Shown here: positions 19,549 through 28,039 of the stretch, piece by piece
Position numbering within the stretch: the first letter of the stretch is position 1
Layout: every line of letters starts with the position of its first letter
Assembly (NCBI GenBank): GCA_045604905.1
Contig: JAZUOX010000060.1
Span: forward strand, 22,386 to 86,385
Direction: 5' to 3'
DNA length: 64,000 nt
Origin: Clostridia bacterium
GTDB lineage: Bacteria; Bacillota; Clostridia; UMGS1883
The notes under the pieces: model-generated
Told to the model about the DNA's origin: nothing
Databases searched by the model: none
The model's input: only the letters and a program-made list of their open reading frames with translations
Translations under genes and position numbers: made by a program

Positions 19549-20508
19549 TTAATTGACCTCTTTCATTTTATCCCACGAATATTTCCACTGATAGATTGCA
19601 TCAAGGTAATAGTACTTATTTTCCTCCATAGGTGCTTCCCAGCTGCCGCACATCAAAACACCGTTTATCTTATTTTCATCAAGCTTTTCACGGGCAAAAC
19701 GGATTGTCTGCTCCGCATTATAGTTGTTTTCGTTTGAAGCGGGCTGGAGCATAATATCAAAGCCTGCATTTGTAAGTGCCTCGAATGCACCGAGGCGGTT
19801 AAGCGACCAGGGATGTGTAGGCTTCGGATGTGCTTCATCAAAATAAAGAAGTCCGTAATGCCATGGGCATACAAGCACATCTTTAGGTACATTTGCGATA
19901 AATTCTTCGGGATAAGACCAATAGTAGTCAGCACCTATACAGGGGCGTACTCCCTTTTCGCGGACACAGTCGCAAAGGTAATTAACATCGTGCCAGATAA
20001 GGTCAAACTGACGGTAGCAGGCATAACGAAGCCTGCCCTGATTAAGTCCGTTTTCTTCATCAAGAACAAGTGACATAATTTCGGGAGTATCAAAGATATC
20101 GCAAACCTCGTGAATCAGTTCTTTTGCAACCTCGTAATACTTCTGTGTTGAAACCATTCTTGAATATTCACAAAGCCACACATCGTGCCCTGCGGAGAAG
20201 TTAAGACGGGGGTAAAATTTAAGCCCTTTTTCCTTGTAACGCCTTACTTCTTCTTGCATAAATTCGGGAGTCCAAGCACCCTCCACTGCAATTTCGGGAT
20301 GTGATTTATACTTAATTCCGTTTGCAAGGTCAATAATTACGCTGTCAAAGCCACACTGGAGTGCCTTGTCGCATATTTCACGGAATGTATTTACGTCTGC
20401 ACGAAGGACAGGCTGATACAAAACGCCTGTACACCACGGAATTTCTGCAGAATCATTCCAGCAGTTATCTGCAAGACATATAAGTAAACAGGTTCTGTCT
20501 GTAATCAT
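19549..20508 (-). CDS. Uncharacterised GH20-like TIM-barrel family protein, paralog 6 (group A)
   Basis: 319 aa. Motifs LADNCWNDS and LVLDEENGLNQ. Its stop abuts the start of paralog 5 with no spacer. Its start is 2 nt after the GH105 stop. Confidence 0.6.
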   Translation of the reverse strand: MITDRTCLLICLADNCWNDSAEIPWCTGVLYQPVLRADVNTFREICDKALQCGFDSVIIDLANGIKYKSHPEIAVEGAWTPEFMQEEVRRYKEKGLKFYPRLNFSAGHDVWLCEYSRMVSTQKYYEVAKELIHEVCDIFDTPEIMSLVLDEENGLNQGRLRYACYRQFDLIWHDVNYLCDCVREKGVRPCIGADYYWSYPEEFIANVPKDVLVCPWHYGLLYFDEAHPKPTHPWSLNRLGAFEALTNAGFDIMLQPASNENNYNAEQTIRFAREKLDENKINGVLMCGSWEAPMEENKYYYLDAIYQWKYSWDKMKEVN

Positions 20509-20510
20509 TT

Positions 20511-22598
20511 TTATTCTCCTAACATATTCATAACGGCTACACCTGCACCAAGAACTATACCTACGCCGTGGTCGTCATTTGTGATTGTACCAAGATCAAG
20601 GTAGTATTTTTCTTCCTTATTACAGCCTGAACCCTGACATACACCGTAAACGTTACCTTCACTGTCAACGCATTTTTCACAAAGGGCGTTCCACGCTTCA
20701 ACAACAGTGTCTTTGATATTTTCATCAAGCCAACCAAACTTTACGCCACGCGCAAGTGCAGTAATAAACATTGCACTGCCGCTTGTTTCAACATAACTGT
20801 CGTGATTGTTTATAACCTGATGCCAGATACCTTCATTTTTGTCACGACACTTAAGAACACCGCCTGCAAAATTGCGGAATATTTCCAGAATTCTTTCTCT
20901 GTCCTTATGACTTTCAGGCATAAGCATAAGAAGCTCACTCATAGCAAGGAGCACCCAACCGTTACCTCTGCCCCAGGGAACTCTGTTTGCAAATTCTTCC
21001 GGTGGGAAGAAAATGTGTGAGTATATGTTCTGATCGTGCATATACATTCTTTCCCAAAATCCGAAAATCTGTCTTGCAGCTTCGTCAAAATACTTTTCTT
21101 CGCTGAATATTGCACCAAGACGTGCAAGGAACGGAAGACACATATACATATCGTCTGTCCACATTGTCTTTCCGCGGTGGAATGTACCGTCGGGGAATCT
21201 TGGAACATTGGTCATCATTCTGTCAGCCATCAGTTCTATAAGACGTTTCGCATTATTGTCTCCTGATATAAGATAGTATTCGCAAAGAGTTATACCGAAT
21301 GTTCCGATAGAATCAAGGTTATTGAAGTTGGCAGATGAAGAAAGATATGATGAATATCCCGACACTCTATTATCGTGTGCTGCGTAATCACGGTGCTTTG
21401 AGATAGTCTTTCCGAAAGATATGTAGTAATCGTAAAAATCTCTAATATCAAGTTTTGCTGCAGTCTGCCTCATACCTTCTATACCTACCATAATGGCATA
21501 GAACCACTGTCCCCAGAAGCTTGTTTCAACGTTCTGGCGAAGATAGGTGCCCTTACGGTAGAAATTCCAGTAGCAGGTTTTTCCGCAGGCTGAAGGCATA
21601 GGCTCTGCAAAATCAAGCTTCATTTCAGGAACATAGGGGTAGCTGAAGGGATCTGTTTCTCTTCCGAAAGGTCCCGTCCATATCCACTGAAGGTCGGGAC
21701 AGGTATCACCTGTTACAAATGAAAGCTGCGATTCGCCGCCGGCAGTTGCGGTAAATCCCCATTCTTCTCCTTTTGCGCTCTTTATAAGAAGGTGTGTAAA
21801 ATCTTTAAATTCAGCCTCATACTTCCCTTTTTCTTCCGATGTGTAAAGGGTCTTTCCTTCGCTCATTATCTTGATAGGTGACTTATGCTCGATAACAAGC
21901 TTACCCTTATATTCTGTATATACATAAGCGGCTTTACCATCATTTTCACAAAGCGAGGCAAAGTCAAACTCTTTTACATTTGACTGCTCCGGCTTTACCG
22001 GGAAAACCCAGTCGATATTTTCAAATGTAGGCTCAAAAACTTCGTCCTTTTTATAAAGACGTGAATGTCTGATTACTGACTGCCCTTCAAAGCCGTCGTC
22101 ATCGATATACATTCTTGTGCAATAAACGTAGCTTCCTGCACCCATACGAAGTCCGGGAATGAGGATACGAATGGCACCTTCAAAACCATCTTCGTCCGCT
22201 ACGAGCTTTACTACAATACGGTTTTTACCCTTTTTGAAAAGGATATCCGCATCAACTGCAGGAATATTTCTGAAATCTCCTTTGTGAGTGGGAATTTTTT
22301 CACCGTTAAAGTACACTTCTGCATTTTTATTCTTAGCTATATTAATTATAAGCTCTCTATCATATGGACCGTCTGCATCAACGCTGATAAAAGCGTAGTC
22401 ACCTACCTCGTAAGAGGGAAAAATCTCGCTGAAATCAGGTCCCGCCTTATGAATAATATCCATTTCCTTGTAATAAGGGAACGGATGGTAATAAACCTCA
22501 CTCTTTCCTCTTGTTTCAAGCATATGATCATAGATTTTCCTTAAGACTTCTGCATTTGTAGACGCAACAGTTCTGATGGATTTCTCGCAGTATTTCAT
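20511..22598 (-). CDS. GH105-type unsaturated rhamnogalacturonyl/galacturonyl hydrolase with a ~330-aa N-terminal extension
   Basis: The C-terminal ~360 aa carry the WGRGNGW motif and (alpha/alpha)6-type signatures of the GH105/GH88 YteR family. There is no signal peptide. A GGAGG ribosome-binding site is present. Confidence 0.7.
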   Translation of the reverse strand: MKYCEKSIRTVASTNAEVLRKIYDHMLETRGKSEVYYHPFPYYKEMDIIHKAGPDFSEIFPSYEVGDYAFISVDADGPYDRELIINIAKNKNAEVYFNGEKIPTHKGDFRNIPAVDADILFKKGKNRIVVKLVADEDGFEGAIRILIPGLRMGAGSYVYCTRMYIDDDGFEGQSVIRHSRLYKKDEVFEPTFENIDWVFPVKPEQSNVKEFDFASLCENDGKAAYVYTEYKGKLVIEHKSPIKIMSEGKTLYTSEEKGKYEAEFKDFTHLLIKSAKGEEWGFTATAGGESQLSFVTGDTCPDLQWIWTGPFGRETDPFSYPYVPEMKLDFAEPMPSACGKTCYWNFYRKGTYLRQNVETSFWGQWFYAIMVGIEGMRQTAAKLDIRDFYDYYISFGKTISKHRDYAAHDNRVSGYSSYLSSSANFNNLDSIGTFGITLCEYYLISGDNNAKRLIELMADRMMTNVPRFPDGTFHRGKTMWTDDMYMCLPFLARLGAIFSEEKYFDEAARQIFGFWERMYMHDQNIYSHIFFPPEEFANRVPWGRGNGWVLLAMSELLMLMPESHKDRERILEIFRNFAGGVLKCRDKNEGIWHQVINNHDSYVETSGSAMFITALARGVKFGWLDENIKDTVVEAWNALCEKCVDSEGNVYGVCQGSGCNKEEKYYLDLGTITNDDHGVGIVLGAGVAVMNMLGE

Positions 22599-22727
22599 AA
22601 ACTATTCCTCCAAAATTATTTAGTTTAAACAGAAAACGGAAAACAGAATCAAAGGTAGCCAAATGCTTTTAAAACCAATGTTTTGTTTTTGCGATTTTGT
22701 ACCTCCGAATTCCGTTTTCCGTTTATT

Positions 22728-25700
22728 TTAATTAGTAAGTTCTGCCGTAACAGAAGCTATTTTTATATCTGAAGACCCATTGATTGTAAAATCAGTCTTT
22801 AAGCGTTCCATATTGTCAAGGCACGCACCTGCAATGTTAAGAGTAACTGTTTTAAGCGCCCCTGTTCCCGTACGGGGTATTTTTTCAGTATTCTTAACAA
22901 GGCGGTTTCTTGTTTCCCCAATTTCAAAAGTATAATAGGTAAAGTTAAAAGAGTCTGTACCCTCGTCAAGATAGGTGATTGTCACCTTTACATTGCCCTC
23001 CGGCTGATATGCGACTTCATTCTTGACATTTACACGCATAATGTTGCCTTCTGGAAGATTGTAAAGAGTCTTTCCATTGTGTGAAACTTCACTTACTTCA
23101 CTGTCACAGCCCGCATAGCTGAAACTGTCGCAGCTGTCTGAAAGGTCATACCATCCGCCATCAGGTGCATTTTCGATTATATCCGATACATCTGCCCATC
23201 CGATTCTTATAATCTTACCAGTTTCGTCATAGTGGCCGAACCACACCTTTGTACCGTCAATGTTAAATGCGGGATGACAGTGTCCGGGGTTAACGCCTGT
23301 CTGCTTTACTCTTGCAACAACGTGACTTACACCTGTGTAACAGTCAATAAGCACTATGTCTGAATATTCACCGTTGCTGTACCCTGTATCTGCTACTGCC
23401 CAGCGGTTACTTACGGGACTTGTTGCAACGTGGTTATATGCATAGTCACTGTTTATGTAATTACGTTCTGTTCCGTCATATTTAATGGAAACTATACCTG
23501 GATAACCGATTGCGGAACTACCCGAAGATTTATGGAACACAATATGCTCGCCGTCGTAGGACCACATTTCGTGACAGGCAATTTCCCCTGCAGATTTCGC
23601 TGAATAGAATCTTGGAACAAATACATTGTAGTATTCGTCAGTATCTGTATTAAGAACCCACAATCTGTCGTTTACGGAAGTACCTTCGTGACAAAACAGG
23701 AGAAGATTTGGCTTTACGGGGTTAATCGAAACGTGATTGGGGTCATACCATTCTGTATCAAATACATAGTTGTGGCTTAAATCCCACTCGCCCGTCTTAA
23801 GATCAAGAATCGGGAATCTTGACCCCTCTGAAAGGAGCTTATCGTTCCATTCCACGGAAAGCTTTTCCTCTGTATCCATTACCTGAAGCATTCCTGCATA
23901 GTCTGCATATTCTTCCGGAATGACACCCACAACCCTTTTCTCGTAAGTGTCAATATCCATACGGATAATTTCACTGTTGCGGTTAATGTAGAACAATCCG
24001 TTAAGAGGCGTTGTTACAACATTATGCTCACGCTCACATGTGTCAATATACTTTACACTGCTTGTATTTATATCATACTCATAAATTTTAAAGTTATCGT
24101 CGCGGACGAAGAACTTATTTCCATCTTTTGACCAGCCCTGCATAGTAAAGTAGCTTCTTATCATATTTTTGCCGTTAAAGTCTACCCAGTTATATGTCCT
24201 ACCTGAAATAGGACAAGTCATCTCTCCTGATATAACTTCACGGTTAAGCTCATTTTTAAAGCAAAGCTGTTCTATGTAAGGATGAGCAAAATTCTTGTCA
24301 AAAACATATACTTTGACAACCGAAAGTTCCGGATACGGCGACAGTTTGAAATCTTCGAATATAAGTTCTTCTGCAGTTGAGCTGTCTGTATCAAGGTCAA
24401 TTGACTTAAGCTTGATATTTGTCATTGTCGATCCTTGATATTCACAAACTGCAACGCTTACCTTCTTTACTTCTTCCGTCTGATTATAAAGACGGACATT
24501 TACATCAATACTTCCGTCAAGTGCTTCTTCAATAGCACCGATGATTCTTCCGTCTGATGAGAATATACTGTTTGAAACAACATCCCCTGCAGCTGTATAT
24601 GCGGCAAAATTATCAAATGAAAGCTGACCTGACTGTGTTCTGAAGTTTGTAAAACGAATATCCTCAACGTTATAAAGTGCCTGGTCTTTTCTTGTAACAC
24701 ACTCTAAAAGACCTATGGGAGCCTCGTTAATTTTCACCCCGTCAATAAAATAGTCTGCCGTCTGGGTTGCTGTATTAACCTCAATTCTGAGAGTGAACCA
24801 TTCATCAAGCACAGGAGCTGTATTCATAAGGTAAATGCTTCTTACTGTACCCTTATCATCCTGACGTCTTGCAAACATAAATTCACGGTAACCCTCGTAA
24901 TAGAAACAGCAGTCAACAATCTGTGCCCTTTCTTTTGTTCCGTCAGGCAAAAGATAGTTTCCGTACATATGGAAGAAATAATACTGTGGCGTATCTGAGT
25001 GATTAAATTTCAGGTCCGTTTCAAAAGCCACTTTGTGCTGAGATGTTGTAGGGAATTTGTACTGAATAAATTTCTGCGACCCGCTTGTGCCTTCACGCCA
25101 TGTATGCATAATGTGATTTTTGTTTTTATCGACTTCTAGCGCTGTTTTATAAAGTGCGTCACTGTATGTTGTTATTCCCATTTGAGAGTCAGTAATCTCA
25201 TGTATTCCCTTTCCTACACTTTCGGGATAATAGAAAGAATCTGAATAATACACTGCCTTATCTTTTGAAAGAACTCTGTACTCAAGTTCCTTGTCTATTG
25301 AAAACTCTTTTCCTTTTTGTGAAATCGATGCAGTAATTGTAACAGCGGTATCTTCTATAGGACGTTTTACAATACCCACGCCTTGCTCGCTGTCAATATC
25401 AATAACAGAAGGATTACTACTCTCAAAGGTGATTTCTACATCTGAAAAATCAATACCTGTAAGCTTTGCATAATTAAAATCAAGATTTTTTGTTACATGA
25501 TTTACGGACTCTGCCGTAAACACTTCCGGATTAAATCTCTTTGCAATGTTTGATATTTTGCTGTATTCTTCATCGCACAAAACAGTGTAAACAAGCTCTT
25601 TTGAAATTGACGCTCCATTCTTTTCAAGAGTAACGGTAAGCGTTACAGTTGAATCATACTTATCTCTTGTGACCGTGCCGTCTTCAGACAGAATATTGCT

Positions 25701-28025
25701 GTTACTTGATAAATAAGTTACTGTTATGTCATTATCAGAGATATATTCAGCCCATTTGTGATTTATTAAATCAAGGTCGGTGGTAATTAAATCTTTGTCT
25801 TCTGATGTAAAATCAGTTTCTTCAAGATTATTGTACAGATAGAATATTTCAGGATTTTCATTATACCACCGTGGGTTATCTGTAATACTTACATCATCTA
25901 TAAAAAGGTTTCCCTTGCCGTACTGACGGAATGTATTGAATTCAAAGTCGTTGTAGCCCATAAATTCTGTTCTGTCAACAGAGGGATTAAGAACATCGTT
26001 AAAATGAATGGGTTCACTGTTAACCTTTACATCATTTATGAAAAGGTCAAGAGTCAATGAGTCTTCGTAATATCTCCATTCAAAGTCTGCCCACTCGCCC
26101 ACTTCCGGCAAATAATCCTTTGAAAAATAAATTGTTTGGCTTTTTTCACCGTTATGAACGGGCATGTAAATGTTGTATGCACCGTTGGCTTCATATCGGA
26201 AGTTTGTTTCATTCAGCCATACACGTTTGTTTTCACCGTTCACCTTAAATATTCCGTATGTTCTGAACACATAAATCTGCGGTGCGTCAGCATGCTCAAA
26301 CTTCATACGCATGCGGTGAATAATGTCACCCTTTGGTTTTTCACCAAGAATGTAATAAGTGCTGTTGCCTTCCTCCATTCCTATAGGGCGATATGAATGA
26401 AGCAGATACTTCTCATCCTCCACATCAATATAGCTTTTAAATCTCTGCCCGGAAGTTGTGTCCTCGGAAAGCTGTGTTGCATATCTTGAAGACCAGCCGT
26501 ACGTTCCCGAAATCGGAGGTGTGACATTTGTTTCCGAACGTATTATTCCGGGAACATCGTAAAGTATCATTCCTTTGCCTTCGGGATAATAAAAGTTTTC
26601 CGACATATGTACCTTTGTAGTTTGTCTGAGAACTTTAAAGTAAAGTTTATTTGTCCAACTCTTTCCCTCGCCATTTACAGTTGCAGTAATTTCCACGGGG
26701 GTATCACGGTAAAGGTCACGGGTAACGTAGCCAGTATTTTCACTTATAATAATAGCGTCGCTATTACTTGCAAATGTTACGGTATAACCATCAGGAAGGA
26801 AATTCTCCGGATTAAGGTCAAGATTTTCTGTTATAACATCTCTTGGCTCGTTTGTAAGCATTTCTTCAGTTACATTAAAATGATCCAAGTCATTTTCTTT
26901 TATACTAGTTACAGATAAATCATCTATATATACTTTTCCGCCTGTAAATGTACGGAAAATGTTAAAGTCAATATCATTTATATCCACAAAATTCGCACGG
27001 TCTGCACCCTCTTTATCTCTTTCGTAGAAGGGTATGCTTTCCGTCGTTACTTTTGCGTCGTTTATGTACATATCCCAAATTTGGGCATCTGTGTCAATAA
27101 GCCATTCAATCTTTGCTTCTTCCCCAACCTTGGGCATATCTTCTTTTTTAACGTAAGCGGACTTAACTTCACTGCCGCTGTAATAGGACATATAGGTTGA
27201 GGATGCACCGTTTTGGTCATATTTATAGTTTATTTCAAAAATGCGTGCTCTTTCATAAGCGCTGTCTACATAATAATTACCGAAAGCACGGAATACGTAA
27301 ATCTGTGTGCCCGGTTCGTGATCAAATGTGACATCAGCCTTGACGGACACCTTGCCCGAAGGTTTGTCACCGAATACATAATGTAAAAAGTTATAGTCGC
27401 TGTCTACGGCAACATCACGGTATGCATTAAGGAAATAGTCACCGTTTACTTCATCTGTAATTGCTTTGAATCTGTTTGCCGCTACGCTGTCACCTTCAAG
27501 CTCTGTTGCAAAGGCGAATGCCCATCCCTCTTCTGTGTCTCTTGTAGGCGATGGTATAGTTTTACTTATTTTAAGAGATCTTTCCTCTGTGAAAAGTTTT
27601 CCTTTGTTATTAGGATAATAGAAATTCTCCGACATATGGGCTTTTGTTGTCTGTCTGAGAACTGTAAAATTAAGTTCTTTGGTAAAAACTTTGCTACCAT
27701 CACTTACTGTTGCTGTAAGTGTTACCGGTATATCATGGTAGAGGTTGCGCACAACATGCGCAACCTCACCATCAATTGCTATGGCGTTAGAGTTACTTTC
27801 AATGCTTACGCTGACACCTGCGGGAAGAATATCGCTTAAATCAAGGTCAAGATTCTTTGTTATTGCATCTGTAACCTCATTTGTGAGCATTTCTTCGCAA
27901 ATGAGTTCCGCAAAAGAAGCTGCATCACTGCCTGCTGTGTAGCCATCCATTGGCATACATCCGCATACAAGCACAAATGCACATATTATTGACATAATTC
28001 TTCTGTAAAGCTTTGAATGTAACAT
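22728..28025 (-). CDS. Giant secreted 1765-aa multi-module protein with a PL22 (oligogalacturonide lyase-like) beta-propeller domain
   Basis: Signal peptide. Four [Ig-like ~80 aa + ConA-like jelly-roll ~250 aa] modules. The C-terminal region carries the PL22 motifs LLLFCHEGTSVNDRLWVLN, CHEMWSYDGEH and NPGHCHPAFNIDGTKVWF. A terminal ~110-aa domain with the VTITYLDEG motif is shared with two other proteins in the cluster. Confidence 0.7.
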   Translation of the reverse strand: MLHSKLYRRIMSIICAFVLVCGCMPMDGYTAGSDAASFAELICEEMLTNEVTDAITKNLDLDLSDILPAGVSVSIESNSNAIAIDGEVAHVVRNLYHDIPVTLTATVSDGSKVFTKELNFTVLRQTTKAHMSENFYYPNNKGKLFTEERSLKISKTIPSPTRDTEEGWAFAFATELEGDSVAANRFKAITDEVNGDYFLNAYRDVAVDSDYNFLHYVFGDKPSGKVSVKADVTFDHEPGTQIYVFRAFGNYYVDSAYERARIFEINYKYDQNGASSTYMSYYSGSEVKSAYVKKEDMPKVGEEAKIEWLIDTDAQIWDMYINDAKVTTESIPFYERDKEGADRANFVDINDIDFNIFRTFTGGKVYIDDLSVTSIKENDLDHFNVTEEMLTNEPRDVITENLDLNPENFLPDGYTVTFASNSDAIIISENTGYVTRDLYRDTPVEITATVNGEGKSWTNKLYFKVLRQTTKVHMSENFYYPEGKGMILYDVPGIIRSETNVTPPISGTYGWSSRYATQLSEDTTSGQRFKSYIDVEDEKYLLHSYRPIGMEEGNSTYYILGEKPKGDIIHRMRMKFEHADAPQIYVFRTYGIFKVNGENKRVWLNETNFRYEANGAYNIYMPVHNGEKSQTIYFSKDYLPEVGEWADFEWRYYEDSLTLDLFINDVKVNSEPIHFNDVLNPSVDRTEFMGYNDFEFNTFRQYGKGNLFIDDVSITDNPRWYNENPEIFYLYNNLEETDFTSEDKDLITTDLDLINHKWAEYISDNDITVTYLSSNSNILSEDGTVTRDKYDSTVTLTVTLEKNGASISKELVYTVLCDEEYSKISNIAKRFNPEVFTAESVNHVTKNLDFNYAKLTGIDFSDVEITFESSNPSVIDIDSEQGVGIVKRPIEDTAVTITASISQKGKEFSIDKELEYRVLSKDKAVYYSDSFYYPESVGKGIHEITDSQMGITTYSDALYKTALEVDKNKNHIMHTWREGTSGSQKFIQYKFPTTSQHKVAFETDLKFNHSDTPQYYFFHMYGNYLLPDGTKERAQIVDCCFYYEGYREFMFARRQDDKGTVRSIYLMNTAPVLDEWFTLRIEVNTATQTADYFIDGVKINEAPIGLLECVTRKDQALYNVEDIRFTNFRTQSGQLSFDNFAAYTAAGDVVSNSIFSSDGRIIGAIEEALDGSIDVNVRLYNQTEEVKKVSVAVCEYQGSTMTNIKLKSIDLDTDSSTAEELIFEDFKLSPYPELSVVKVYVFDKNFAHPYIEQLCFKNELNREVISGEMTCPISGRTYNWVDFNGKNMIRSYFTMQGWSKDGNKFFVRDDNFKIYEYDINTSSVKYIDTCEREHNVVTTPLNGLFYINRNSEIIRMDIDTYEKRVVGVIPEEYADYAGMLQVMDTEEKLSVEWNDKLLSEGSRFPILDLKTGEWDLSHNYVFDTEWYDPNHVSINPVKPNLLLFCHEGTSVNDRLWVLNTDTDEYYNVFVPRFYSAKSAGEIACHEMWSYDGEHIVFHKSSGSSAIGYPGIVSIKYDGTERNYINSDYAYNHVATSPVSNRWAVADTGYSNGEYSDIVLIDCYTGVSHVVARVKQTGVNPGHCHPAFNIDGTKVWFGHYDETGKIIRIGWADVSDIIENAPDGGWYDLSDSCDSFSYAGCDSEVSEVSHNGKTLYNLPEGNIMRVNVKNEVAYQPEGNVKVTITYLDEGTDSFNFTYYTFEIGETRNRLVKNTEKIPRTGTGALKTVTLNIAGACLDNMERLKTDFTINGSSDIKIASVTAELTN

Positions 28026-28039
28026 ACTGTCACCCCGAA

